DNA of 50,596 nt from a virus. Lineage: Duplodnaviria; Caudoviricetes. Positions 1 through 9,812 of the stretch are shown here, in pieces. Below the pieces are notes generated by a model, which was not told where the DNA came from, made no database searches, and was given only the letters and a program-made list of their open reading frames with translations. Location: the IMG/VR virus record IMGVR_UViG_3300005663_000063, positions 1 through 50,596 of that record, one strand, 5' to 3'. Position 1 is the stretch's first letter. Each line of letters begins with the position of its first letter. The position numbers and the translations under genes are program-made.

Positions 1-77
1 ATTTGTTTATTTTGAATAAGGGGGTTTTTGATGAGCGACTTTGAATATTACGGCACAAAATGGGAAGTGGGTAGACA
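1..77. repeat. Terminal overlap, identical to 50520-50596 (circular contig)
   Basis: Exact 77-nt match between the window ends; the methyltransferase 3' end and the 28..315 ORF start both lie in it. Confidence 0.97.
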
Positions 78-315
78 GGAGTGCTTATCCCACGAGGGGC
101 ATTGCTATACCAGTGATATCTTTCGCTTGGGTGATGAGGGGTGTAGCTTTGAGGAAAAAAATAGTGAGGGGATAAGCTCTGGTGAGGATTATAAGAGGGA
201 GGGGGTTAGATATTGTAAGCATTGCGGTTGTAGGCAAATAGGCTATTCTCCAAAGCCCGCTATAAGATGGCTAACCATTAAGGAACCCAGCCAGTGGAGA
301 GTCACATTAGACTAA
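28..315 (+). CDS. Small Cys/His-rich hypothetical protein, paralog of 28317..28693
   Basis: ECL..EGHCY and RYCKHCGCRQIGY motifs; AAGGGGG RBS. Confidence 0.65.
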   Translation: MMSDFEYYGTKWEVGRQECLSHEGHCYTSDIFRLGDEGCSFEEKNSEGISSGEDYKREGVRYCKHCGCRQIGYSPKPAIRWLTIKEPSQWRVTLD

Positions 316-324
316 GGGGGCGAG

Positions 325-1092
325 ATGTTAGATGCAAGGTCAATCCAACTAAGAAGAAAAATAATAAGCGTTTTAGATGCTTCAAGAAAGGGGCATATCA
401 AGTCTGCCTTCTCTTGTCTTGAGATTGTCAGAGTTCTCTATGACGATATTCTTAGAGAGGGGGATAAGTTCATTCTCTCTAAGGGGCACGGTTGCCTAGC
501 TCAGTATGTAATGCTTGCTGATAAAGGTTATATTTCAGATGATGACTTGTTTCAATTCTGTAAAGAGGGGGCTTTATTAGGTGGACATCCATCTCACAAG
601 ATAAATGGTGTTGAGGTTTCCACTGGTTCATTGGGACACGGGCTTCCTATTGGAGTAGGCTTTGCTCTAGCAGGACACCGCACCTTTGTTCTCTTGGGAG
701 ATGGAGAATGTAATGAGGGTTCAGTATGGGAAGCTGCTATGTGTGCATCTAAACATAAGTTAAGTAACTTGACTGTTATAGTGGACTGTAATGAACAGCA
801 GTCCTATGGTTCCACTCGTGAGGTTCTTCCGTTAAAACCATTTACTGCAAAGTGGGAGGCATTTGGGTTTTTCACGAGAAATGTTGATGGGCATAACAGT
901 GATAGGCTCCTTGATGCCTTTTCAAGGGCATCTTTTATTCCAAGTAAACCGCAGTGTATCATCGCTCACACCACCAAGGGCAAAGGTATTAAGTTTGTAG
1001 AAGATGACCCAAGATGGCACTACAAGAATGATATAACAGACGAACAAATTAAAGAACTCTATGAAGGATTGGAGGGATACAATGAAGGCTAA
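325..1092 (+). CDS. Transketolase, N-terminal ThDP-binding subunit
   Basis: LSKGHG, STGSLGHGL and GDGE...EGSVWEA...N ThDP motif, HTTKGKG. Confidence 0.95.
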   Translation: MLDARSIQLRRKIISVLDASRKGHIKSAFSCLEIVRVLYDDILREGDKFILSKGHGCLAQYVMLADKGYISDDDLFQFCKEGALLGGHPSHKINGVEVSTGSLGHGLPIGVGFALAGHRTFVLLGDGECNEGSVWEAAMCASKHKLSNLTVIVDCNEQQSYGSTREVLPLKPFTAKWEAFGFFTRNVDGHNSDRLLDAFSRASFIPSKPQCIIAHTTKGKGIKFVEDDPRWHYKNDITDEQIKELYEGLEGYNEG

Positions 1093-1303
1093 GTTTTTTT
1101 CATCACTACTTTTCTTAATTCTGGGTATTGGTGTCTGGGTTTGGTTTATGGCTACGCTGATAGTTCTCGGTAATTCGGGTGTGGAGTTACCCCCGATACT
1201 TAACTTCGGGTTTGCTTTTCTTATTATCTATTTAATGTATAGTGTAGGATACTTCATTGTTTGTTTGATCAAATGGGTAATAAAGGATGATGAAGATGCG
1301 TAA
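1082..1303 (+). CDS. Small two-TM membrane protein between the transketolase halves
   Basis: Two hydrophobic stretches; GGAGGG RBS before ATG 1082; overlaps both neighbours. Confidence 0.65.
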   Translation: MKAKFFSSLLFLILGIGVWVWFMATLIVLGNSGVELPPILNFGFAFLIIYLMYSVGYFIVCLIKWVIKDDEDA

Positions 1304-2186
1304 GACTTGCTTTGATATGATATACGAACTAGCCAAGAAGGACAAGCGGATAGTCTACATTGGCTCAGATGTGGGGGCTGGTACTCTACAAAAGATGAAG
1401 GAGGAGATGCCTAACCAGTTCTTTATGGAGGGAATACAGGAGCAGAACATAATCGGTATGGCTACAGGGCTTGCGCTGTCTGGTAGGATAGTCTATGTGA
1501 ATACACTGGCTTGCTTTTTAACTAGAAGGTGTTATGAGCAGGTTTACCTAGATGTGGGGCTTCACAATGCTAATGTCCGTTTATTAGGTAATGGTGGTGG
1601 GTTGGTTTATGCCCCTCTTGGTCCAAGTCACATAGCCTGTGATGATATAGCTCTAATGAGGAACATCCCCAATATGACCATAGTAGCCCCTGCTGATGCC
1701 GATGAGATGGCCAGGTTAATGCCGCAAACAGTAGACTATCAGGGGCCGATGTATATCAGGCTTGCTATAGGTGGAGACCCAATAGTATCCAAGCCTCCCT
1801 TTGAAATAGGTAGGGCTATCTTGATGAAGGAAGGGGAGAGGGCGCTTGTTATAACCACAGGGATTACCCTTAAGTTGGTAATGGCAGTGGATGATGTAAC
1901 TGTTATTCACCTCCCAACCCCTAAACCCATAGACGAGTGGCTTATTACCAAACACGCAATAGGGGCACGTAGAGTTATTGTAATAGAGGAACATAATTTC
2001 ACGGGGGGGATAGGTAGCGCTGTGGCTGAGATAATTTGTGCGAGGAGATTGTCGTCATATCTTTGTGTAAAAAACTTTTATAGAATTAGTATCCCAGATG
2101 TGTATGTAGATAGATACGGCACACAAGAGAGCCTTATGGAATACTATGGTATTACAACGGAGGGAATAGAGAATGCGATTTCTTGA
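1287..2186 (+). CDS. Transketolase, C-terminal (pyrimidine-binding) subunit
   Basis: EGIQEQNIIGMATGLA, GPSH..DDIALMR.IPNM, YIRL, EEH...GGIGS motifs. Confidence 0.95.
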   Translation: MMKMRKTCFDMIYELAKKDKRIVYIGSDVGAGTLQKMKEEMPNQFFMEGIQEQNIIGMATGLALSGRIVYVNTLACFLTRRCYEQVYLDVGLHNANVRLLGNGGGLVYAPLGPSHIACDDIALMRNIPNMTIVAPADADEMARLMPQTVDYQGPMYIRLAIGGDPIVSKPPFEIGRAILMKEGERALVITTGITLKLVMAVDDVTVIHLPTPKPIDEWLITKHAIGARRVIVIEEHNFTGGIGSAVAEIICARRLSSYLCVKNFYRISIPDVYVDRYGTQESLMEYYGITTEGIENAIS

Positions 2187-3171
2187 CCAGTTCCCCTACA
2201 CCGCTGAGGATATTATCGAGAGACTTGAAGGACTCAAGGGGCTGAAAGTCTTAGTTATTGGGGATGCTATCATAGACCAGTATCATTACTCTAGTTCAAT
2301 AGGGAAGTCACCAAAGGATAATGTTATGGTGGTGAGGTACTTATCAGAAGAGAGTTTTGCTGGCGGTGTGTTAGCTGCTGCCAATCATATCGCTGGCTTT
2401 TGTGATGATGTTCACCTCGTAACTTGTCTGGGTATGCAGAACACTCAAGAAAGGTTTATCCGCAATCATCTGAAAAAGAACATCACACCTAAGTTCTTCT
2501 ATCGGGAAGACACTTACACGGCGGTCAAGAGGAGATATATAGAACCCAATTCTTTGACAAAGATGTTTGGGGTTTCTTACCTTGACGATTACGATTTACC
2601 TGAAAGTATATCACGGTCAGTAAGTAGTTATCTGTGGGCGAATATAATAGACTATGATTTAGTGTTAGTAACTGACTTTGGGCACGGGTTCCTTGACCGA
2701 AATACTATAAAGGCGCTCTGTGAGGGGGGTTCCTTCATAACAGTTAATACCCAAACTAACACTGATAATGCAGGCTTTAATCTTATAAGCAAGTACCATA
2801 AGGCAGATTATATATGCCTTGATGAACCTGAGACAAGGCTTGCCTTTCAGGATAAGTATGGCGATATAAAAAGTATGGTCAAGAAACTAGAGTGCGATAA
2901 GGTTGCCATTACTCACGGGCGATATGACACTGTAATGTATGACGGGAGTTTCTATAAGATACCTACCTTCACAAACGGAATCAAAGATACGACAGGGGCA
3001 GGGGATGCTTTCTTTTCTATCACCGCCCCTTGTGTTCAAGCAGGCTTCCCAATGGATATGGTAGGGTTTATAGGAAACGCAGTAGGAGCATTGAAAGTAG
3101 GAATAGTATGTAACCGTTCTTCTGTAGAACCAGAACCATTATTTAAGTTTATTAAGGAGTTATTAAAATGA
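2173..3171 (+). CDS. PfkB/ribokinase-family sugar kinase, RfaE/HldE domain I-like
   Basis: VLVIGD.IID.Y, AGG..AA, DFGHG and the DTTGAGDAF PfkB signature. Confidence 0.88.
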   Translation: MRFLDQFPYTAEDIIERLEGLKGLKVLVIGDAIIDQYHYSSSIGKSPKDNVMVVRYLSEESFAGGVLAAANHIAGFCDDVHLVTCLGMQNTQERFIRNHLKKNITPKFFYREDTYTAVKRRYIEPNSLTKMFGVSYLDDYDLPESISRSVSSYLWANIIDYDLVLVTDFGHGFLDRNTIKALCEGGSFITVNTQTNTDNAGFNLISKYHKADYICLDEPETRLAFQDKYGDIKSMVKKLECDKVAITHGRYDTVMYDGSFYKIPTFTNGIKDTTGAGDAFFSITAPCVQAGFPMDMVGFIGNAVGALKVGIVCNRSSVEPEPLFKFIKELLK

Positions 3172-4163
3172 ATGACTTTGGATTAGATACCCACAAACTA
3201 ATGCTACACCCAGAAAGAGTCTCTAAGTGGCTCGACGGAGAGGATACAGCACCTATTCTCGTAGAGATATGTCCTATAGGAAGGTGTAATCATAGATGCG
3301 TGTTCTGTGCTTACAACTATACCGATTACAAGGGGCCGCAACTAGACTACACCACAATGATTGAGACATTAACCGAGATGGGTAAGATGGGAGTGAAGTC
3401 AATAGATTGGGATACTGAGGGGGAGCCCCTTCTACACCCCCACCTTGCCCACTTTATAAATCATGCCAAGCTCTGCGGGATTGACTCCGCTGTGGAAACC
3501 AACGGGGTATTCCTAACTAAAGAGTTTATGAGGGAGTGTGGTCATAATATAACCTACATCAAGGTCAGTGTAGACGCAGCCTACAACGATACGCACTACA
3601 AGCTACATAGAGGGGGGGAGAAGGATTTAGTTAAGGTATTGGGGAACATACGAACTGCGGTGCAACTTAACACGGGTTGTACTATCGGAATACAGATGGT
3701 TTTATTAAAGGAGAATGAGGATGAGGTTAGGGATTTAGCAGAGATAGCTAAATATCTGGAGGTTGATTGGTTCGTGGTTAAGCCTTTCTCTGTGCATCCG
3801 TTTCAAGATGACTCATTGGTTCACATGGGGGATATAAATAAGGCACTAAATGTGCCATTTGTCACATTAAGGGAAGAGACCTTTGGTAGATTATTCCAAG
3901 AGAGGGATTACCCTGTGTGTTATGGAGTTAATTTCATATCAAACATAGACTGCTATGGGAATGTAACTGTCTGTAATACACTCACACGGAGTTACGAGTA
4001 TAACCTTGGGAATATTTACAATGAATCATTTGGGGAAGCATGGAAAAGGAGACCGAGAGAGTTTAATATAAAGAAATGCAAGAGGGAAGTGTGCAGGATG
4101 GATAAGCAGAACTTATATCTGTGGCAGTTGAAGAATCCAACCAAGCATGTGAATTTTATTTAA
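3168..4163 (+). CDS. Radical SAM protein with SPASM/twitch domain
   Basis: CNHRCVFC motif, GEPLLHP, C-terminal C...G.V..C...LGNI...C...C. Confidence 0.92.
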   Translation: MNDFGLDTHKLMLHPERVSKWLDGEDTAPILVEICPIGRCNHRCVFCAYNYTDYKGPQLDYTTMIETLTEMGKMGVKSIDWDTEGEPLLHPHLAHFINHAKLCGIDSAVETNGVFLTKEFMRECGHNITYIKVSVDAAYNDTHYKLHRGGEKDLVKVLGNIRTAVQLNTGCTIGIQMVLLKENEDEVRDLAEIAKYLEVDWFVVKPFSVHPFQDDSLVHMGDINKALNVPFVTLREETFGRLFQERDYPVCYGVNFISNIDCYGNVTVCNTLTRSYEYNLGNIYNESFGEAWKRRPREFNIKKCKREVCRMDKQNLYLWQLKNPTKHVNFI

Positions 4164-4174
4164 GGAGGTAAGAT

Positions 4175-4399
4175 ATGTATAGACCTGAAGGATGGGAGGA
4201 AAAGAAGTGGAAGGATATTCCTTATAACTGCCCATTGATTAGCGGTGAGCAGGTCGCCAATGTCTACGAAGCAGGGGCTGATGCTATGCTGGAGGGGTTG
4301 AGGGAGGACTGCCAAAAGCATATCACAGATAAGAATGGTGAGTGGGTTTTGATTATGGAAGATAGGTCAGGGTGCGTAGTCTTTATCCCATGGGAATAA
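4175..4399 (+). CDS. Hypothetical protein, last gene of the plus arm
   Basis: AAGGAGGT RBS; ORF track. Confidence 0.7.
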   Translation: MYRPEGWEEKKWKDIPYNCPLISGEQVANVYEAGADAMLEGLREDCQKHITDKNGEWVLIMEDRSGCVVFIPWE

Positions 4400-4401
4400 T
4401 C

Positions 4402-4623
4402 TTAGCCACCTAATAATTGAGAGATACCCATACCAACACCACCACTACCGAGGACACCAAGTCCGATAAGGATACCCTTTAATCTACTTTGTTTATTCTC
4501 TACATCCCTTAGTCGCCCATTCATCTTCTCTAGGTGTTCTTCTTGGCGTTCAGTGGTGTCCTTAATAGCTTCCGTTCTCTCATCCAGACGAACAAGTAAC
4601 TCATCACGCTCTGCTGGTTTCAT
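4402..4623 (-). CDS. Coiled-coil protein with C-terminal TM helix (possible holin-like or XhlA-like)
   Basis: Heptad-rich N-terminus, hydrophobic Gly-rich C-terminus, last gene of the late arm; function is inferred. Confidence 0.45.
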   Translation of the reverse strand: MKPAERDELLVRLDERTEAIKDTTERQEEHLEKMNGRLRDVENKQSRLKGILIGLGVLGSGGVGMGISQLLGG

Positions 4624-4722
4624 GGCTTTCTCTTCGGCACAAATATTTCAATGAGTTTCTTTAATAGGTGGGCTATTAGGTTTATCAGGTCTATCATAGC
4701 TTGCTTGTTCATTCTTCACCTC

Positions 4723-6552
4723 CTATGAAATAGTAAACGAAACTTCCTGTAGTCTGACGACTAGTGCCAATTCGGGTTGCCTCTGCTTGGCGTGCTTTAC
4801 CTCAACCTCCTTGGGATAACCTGGCATCATGGTACACCATACATAGTCAGTAGTTGAAGTTGACTGCCCATATCTCAGGTCGGCAAACTTAATCAAAGTA
4901 GTAGTGTTCCTACCCTCTCTTAATAGAGTTCTAACAGTCTTTACCCTATCGGTGGGTTTATCTCCTATGGCGTAATATGCTTCATGTATCCTCACTGTCT
5001 GAGGTTTCTCTACCCCCTTAGCCTGAAAGGAATAGACTACAGGGGTAGCTGTGTTAGAATTGGAAGCAAGGTGTAATTCGTATTGTATTCTCTTATCATT
5101 AATCGCTAAGGAGAAGTTTGTCTCCACCACTCCAGCCGTGATATAAGCAGCGATAGCAGATGTAGACCCTATATCAGCGTCATCCCTGTAGAAAACAGCA
5201 GTTGTCTCACCCGCTGAGGCAGCTGTGATTGTTCCTGAATTTACCCTGTGCTGTTCAATAACTGCCGACTGCCATAGTTTGTCATGTATCGGGTCAGCTC
5301 CATAAGTGTAGCTCATTCTAATAAAACCAGAGGTGGTGTATTTATAAGCAGAATCAGCTAATGGATTATCAGATAGTAAAACATACCCAGTGTTTGTCCC
5401 GTAACCAAACCACAACCTTCTATCCGTAGTTGAGTGCTGAGCAACCTTTATTGTAGTGCAAGCCTTAGTTCCTAAAAAGACAAATGGGCAATATTCCCAT
5501 CTTAGTTTTTGCCCAGTCCACACCTCTCTACACTTGTATATTATAGTGTTAACCTGTTCTTTAATGGCTACATAAAGCCAATCCCTATCAGAGGTTATAC
5601 CTACTATATCACCCAGTTTTCCTATGTCATCTATCTCGGTTAGTGGTCCCATAGGTCTAAAGGTCTCGGCAGTGGTCATCTCCCCCATCCCTCTTAAAAG
5701 AGAGAAATAACTTGAGGTCTGCCAGTTTGATACATACTTAAAGTTATCAGTGGAATGACTTACCTTGAGTTCGTCAGGAAGTTCGGCATGAACCCCGCCA
5801 GCGGAGTCAAGCCAGAATAATCCATCCTCTTTACCTGTGTATATCTTATTAGCATTGAGAAAGATGTTTGTAATGTTATTCCCTGTTTCTCCGATAAAGG
5901 TAGGAGACTCCCATTCAACCCCCCCAGAACCCCCATTAGTAGTTCTGGTTAGTTCGTTGGGAACTTTGAACTTCCACAAGTTTTCTGCCAAGCCGTCAGG
6001 GTCGGGAGCAACCAGCCATCCATCAGCCTCATTATCCGTCAGGTCAGTTGCAGCCCACGTATCACCATCAGCGGAAGTGTAATAGGTAGTTCCAGAACCC
6101 AAGCCAGCATACATAACAGCATCAAACTCTACCATTTGTTTAACACTCGCTATGTCAGTTGTCGCTGCTTCCCAAGAAGTTCCATAGAGGTAAATCTTCC
6201 CAGCCGTAAAGACCTGCCACTTAGTGTTGGCTTCTGACCACGCAAAACCTACAGGGGCAGAGTCTAAATCACTTGCGTCATCCTCCTTAATCTCCGTAAT
6301 TTCGGGCCCAAGAAACACCTTGCCTGGCTGTGTAGTATCAATCGCCTGCCCCTCATAATACTTATCAAATTCTCGAAACACATCCTGCCCATGACCCCCA
6401 ATCCAGTCAGTCTGTCCAAAGCGAAGCCTTGAGGGAGACTCAGGGGCTTCTTCAATAACCTGATACATAGCCCTGCCATCATCACCTCTTAAAAGATAAT
6501 ATCGGGAGTCTGTACCGTTTATATTTAATTGATGGTCAAATGTATGTGGCAT
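4723..6552 (-). CDS. Virion structural protein, probable tail nozzle/tubular protein
   Basis: 609 aa, beta-propeller-like repeats (YAG.G, YTGKEDG, LYVA, LWFG), position at the end of the tail module. Confidence 0.55.
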   Translation of the reverse strand: MPHTFDHQLNINGTDSRYYLLRGDDGRAMYQVIEEAPESPSRLRFGQTDWIGGHGQDVFREFDKYYEGQAIDTTQPGKVFLGPEITEIKEDDASDLDSAPVGFAWSEANTKWQVFTAGKIYLYGTSWEAATTDIASVKQMVEFDAVMYAGLGSGTTYYTSADGDTWAATDLTDNEADGWLVAPDPDGLAENLWKFKVPNELTRTTNGGSGGVEWESPTFIGETGNNITNIFLNANKIYTGKEDGLFWLDSAGGVHAELPDELKVSHSTDNFKYVSNWQTSSYFSLLRGMGEMTTAETFRPMGPLTEIDDIGKLGDIVGITSDRDWLYVAIKEQVNTIIYKCREVWTGQKLRWEYCPFVFLGTKACTTIKVAQHSTTDRRLWFGYGTNTGYVLLSDNPLADSAYKYTTSGFIRMSYTYGADPIHDKLWQSAVIEQHRVNSGTITAASAGETTAVFYRDDADIGSTSAIAAYITAGVVETNFSLAINDKRIQYELHLASNSNTATPVVYSFQAKGVEKPQTVRIHEAYYAIGDKPTDRVKTVRTLLREGRNTTTLIKFADLRYGQSTSTTDYVWCTMMPGYPKEVEVKHAKQRQPELALVVRLQEVSFTIS

Positions 6553-8082
6553 TTATGCCTCCAATGACGGCTTCGTAGTTGCGTATCTTAACTCTATAAG
6601 ATTTAGAATTATATCATCCACCTCAGATGTATCTGTTTCAAGGTTGAGGGCGAATGAAAGAATATCCAAAGAGGCAATCTCACTACCACTGCCATCATGG
6701 TCTATAGTAAATACAGTCTTGTATTGTTTATACTGAGCCGAAGCCCCAACAGTCGTGGCTACTTCTACCGTTTGAGTTTTAATCGCTGTATTACCTTCCC
6801 CCTTATATCTAACAACAAGCTGAAGGTCGGCTGTGTCAGTAGCGGTACCGCCAGTATTGTCTACATTAACCTCCCACCAAGCGTTTACTATCAGGTCACT
6901 TGCTGCATCCCACTCCGCTTCCATATGAGCTTCAAAGTAGAGCGTCTCGCCAACAGCATTCATTTGCCAACCACCCAGAGTATTAGCATCTGGAGAAGTT
7001 CTGGTCGCCCCAGAAGCACCTGGGTCAAGAGATGTAGCGAAGAGGTCGTGTTCATGATTCCAAACTGAAGAGGCAGCCGTGATAGTTCCTGTTTCAATCA
7101 ATCCTTGACCATTCCAGTCAAAGTTAGCAGTACCAGTATTACTTAGGTCTGCAAGAACATCCGCATAGGCTATTCCCTCAAACCCCGTTCCCGTGAACTT
7201 GGCATAATCATTATCAACCGCTGCGGTATCCATTATCGGATAGTTACCACTACCAGTTCCTATATTGGACTCTAACATATATCCTGTATGGGGGTCAGCA
7301 GAACCTACGTGGTCAAATGCCCAGTTACTTGAAATGGGGGCAATGGTAACTCCATTTACAGGTGTGTCATCTACATCTCTTGTGTGGAGATAGGTATCCT
7401 CAACGGCGTTCTCCTCGAACCCTCGAAGATTCTCGTCCTCCATCCAGATATACCCAGCGTGGACAAGGTTTATTACCTGTAAGTCTTGAGAATAACCGCT
7501 TTGTGTATTATTTACATTGTTGTCTCTTGTGATAGCACCATGTACATACCTGTAATCTATCTTGGCAGCATGAAGGGTAATTGTAAGATTTGCAAGTGCC
7601 TCGCCAGCAACCCTGGAGGAATTGGGAAAGACATCGCAATAAAATGTGCCGTATGTCCCAACATCCTCATCCCTGCGTATCTTAAGGTAGTAATTCGTTC
7701 CTCTCGTTAATGTATAGAAAGCTGCCGACTCAGCTTGTGTACCCCCATAATACTCCTGTATTACTATCCTTAATTCATCTGGGCTTGATGGATTTGTTAG
7801 TCTCACGCAAAGTAAGTTACCACTAGCATCGGCGATACCCTTTATATCATCCAATGAATTGGTCATTGCCCAAGGGAACATCTCTGATGTTTGTGCGGAC
7901 GCTGTTGTGTTGATGGTTAGATAGGATACGAAATTACCAGCAAAATGCTTTACCCCAAAGTCCCTATACACATAGGCATCCTCGTTTGCAGTAATACCTG
8001 TCCATGTAACTCGAGATGCCGATACAGCAATCCTTGAGTTCGGGTCCACCTCAGTATAGGTAGTAAAATCTTGTACCGCCAT
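6553..8082 (-). CDS. Tail fibre / receptor-binding-like modular structural protein
   Basis: Thr/Asp/Gly-rich beta-type modules; 'ISSNWAFDH...DPHTGY' fibre-like linker. Confidence 0.5.
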   Translation of the reverse strand: MAVQDFTTYTEVDPNSRIAVSASRVTWTGITANEDAYVYRDFGVKHFAGNFVSYLTINTTASAQTSEMFPWAMTNSLDDIKGIADASGNLLCVRLTNPSSPDELRIVIQEYYGGTQAESAAFYTLTRGTNYYLKIRRDEDVGTYGTFYCDVFPNSSRVAGEALANLTITLHAAKIDYRYVHGAITRDNNVNNTQSGYSQDLQVINLVHAGYIWMEDENLRGFEENAVEDTYLHTRDVDDTPVNGVTIAPISSNWAFDHVGSADPHTGYMLESNIGTGSGNYPIMDTAAVDNDYAKFTGTGFEGIAYADVLADLSNTGTANFDWNGQGLIETGTITAASSVWNHEHDLFATSLDPGASGATRTSPDANTLGGWQMNAVGETLYFEAHMEAEWDAASDLIVNAWWEVNVDNTGGTATDTADLQLVVRYKGEGNTAIKTQTVEVATTVGASAQYKQYKTVFTIDHDGSGSEIASLDILSFALNLETDTSEVDDIILNLIELRYATTKPSLEA

Positions 8083-8285
8083 TATATATCTCTGTACTTA
8101 TCTGTTCCAGTGGGTATCTTTAATGAGCTTCTAACTGTCAAATTATTGACTATCAGGTTATCAAAGTCTAAGGTAATCCCCACAGTCGTATTATTCTGAA
8201 TATGCTGAACAGCACCAAGTAGATCCTTCTGGGTTCCTTTACCACTAAACCCAGCCTGTAGTTTTCTCCAAGCGATTAAACTCAT
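8082..8285 (-). CDS. Small structural-module protein
   Basis: Overlaps both neighbours at its start and stop codons. Confidence 0.6.
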   Translation of the reverse strand: MSLIAWRKLQAGFSGKGTQKDLLGAVQHIQNNTTVGITLDFDNLIVNNLTVRSSLKIPTGTDKYRDI

Positions 8286-9577
8286 TCGTGCCCCCAGCTA
8301 ATCGTTATCGGAAGAATGGGCATTCCGTACTTACCCTTCTTCTTTCTGGCTTTATCCTCCCAGTAGGCTAGCATTTGTTGATAGTCTTCTCTTGTCCCTG
8401 ATTCAAAGTTGGGCATAGACATCCAAGTATAAAGATAAACAGCAGCTTCGGCAGCCAATATCTCAGTCTGAGGAGAGTTTAGGTTAATCGTTGCTGACCA
8501 AGACTCTGAACTCGTACCACTGGAAAGGAAGTCTAGTATCGCTGGTCCGACAATCCTCAAACGGTAATCAGACCTGAGTTGAGTAGTGAAGTATATATAC
8601 CCATCCTCATCTACTTCCCAGTCGTGTATACCAATCCACGGTTCTTGGTTGCTGTAGTTTTCAGGTTCAACCTCTACTCTATAGGGACGGTTCTGGTGAA
8701 TACCAAGATGTCCGATATAAAGTCTACCTCTGTAGTCAGATATAACCCTGGCATCATCCACATAAGAAGTCGCAGCAGTCACCTCGTGAACTATCTTAAA
8801 TGTAACCTCAGTGGGGTTGTAGTCTATCGTAGCAATGACTTCTAATGGAAGATTGTTTTCTGTCCACGCCGTTCCCCCATCATGGTAAGACGAAAAGGAA
8901 TCAGTGGTTCCGTCACTAACAACTAACCTTAAGCAGTCTGCGGTATCACAATGCCCCTGAACAGAAAACCTGACTGTCTTGCCTGCAAGGAATTTTAAGT
9001 CGTCATTCTCGGTGTAGCCCTGAGAAAGTGTCCCCGCTGCCGTGCTTAGTTTAGCACTGGTTAAACCATGCTTGAATAAACCATTGGTAGTAGTTTTGGT
9101 AACGGTCACGGTATTTGCTACCCAATTAGATAAGGCAGTTCCAGCACTATCCCATATTTCAAATGAGCCATCATATAACCAGTTCCCAGTAACAAGAGAT
9201 TCATCCCACACCATATCATAGCATTCAGGGAATATGTTTTTAGCTGCGGTAATCAAAGCCCTTCGCTTTTCAGAGGCTTCAAACAACCTGTGAACTCTAT
9301 AAGTAACACCAGAAGCAATAGAACCACCATGAGTACCAACAGATAGAGTCCCCGTACTGACAGAGGAATTAGCATGCGAAATCTTTCGCTCTTCTTCACT
9401 CCGACTTCCACTGGTAACCATATCGTAGGAGACATCGGTTATCCAATCATCAGGGAACCTTATTAAGGCTGTGTCTACTATGGTTATAGCGCCCGAGGCA
9501 CTTGTCGTAGTCCCTTCCCAGTAGTCCCCTATTTGTTTGGATAAAATTACCTCGCAGTTAAGTAGGGTAGTTGTCAT
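8282..9577 (-). CDS. Probable head-tail adaptor with an inserted carbohydrate-binding-like domain
   Basis: Adaptor-like helical ends; central GNWLYDGSFE.W ... YVDDARV segment resembles a CBM4/9 jelly roll; GGAG RBS before ATG 9577. Confidence 0.5.
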   Translation of the reverse strand: MTTTLLNCEVILSKQIGDYWEGTTTSASGAITIVDTALIRFPDDWITDVSYDMVTSGSRSEEERKISHANSSVSTGTLSVGTHGGSIASGVTYRVHRLFEASEKRRALITAAKNIFPECYDMVWDESLVTGNWLYDGSFEIWDSAGTALSNWVANTVTVTKTTTNGLFKHGLTSAKLSTAAGTLSQGYTENDDLKFLAGKTVRFSVQGHCDTADCLRLVVSDGTTDSFSSYHDGGTAWTENNLPLEVIATIDYNPTEVTFKIVHEVTAATSYVDDARVISDYRGRLYIGHLGIHQNRPYRVEVEPENYSNQEPWIGIHDWEVDEDGYIYFTTQLRSDYRLRIVGPAILDFLSSGTSSESWSATINLNSPQTEILAAEAAVYLYTWMSMPNFESGTREDYQQMLAYWEDKARKKKGKYGMPILPITISWGHE

Positions 9578-9810
9578 ATCTCCACCATAGTGTCGGAACA
9601 CTTGATTTGGTTACTAGGGTCGTCATGGTAACAAGTATGATATGTAGCCTTGACGGTCATTTCCTCGTTCGCCAAGCCATCATTTATTCTGACAGATAAA
9701 GCCTTTAGAGCCTTAACTTCTTTAAGGAAAGCCTTCCTTCTTGTTAAAGATATAGCGTCATACACCGCCATAGGTATTGCTAGGGCTATATCAAATCTCT
9801 TCAAAGCCAT
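9574..9810 (-). CDS. Hypothetical protein
   Basis: GGAGG RBS; ATGA coupling to the next gene. Confidence 0.65.
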   Translation of the reverse strand: MALKRFDIALAIPMAVYDAISLTRRKAFLKEVKALKALSVRINDGLANEEMTVKATYHTCYHDDPSNQIKCSDTMVEI

Positions 9811-9812
9811 TA

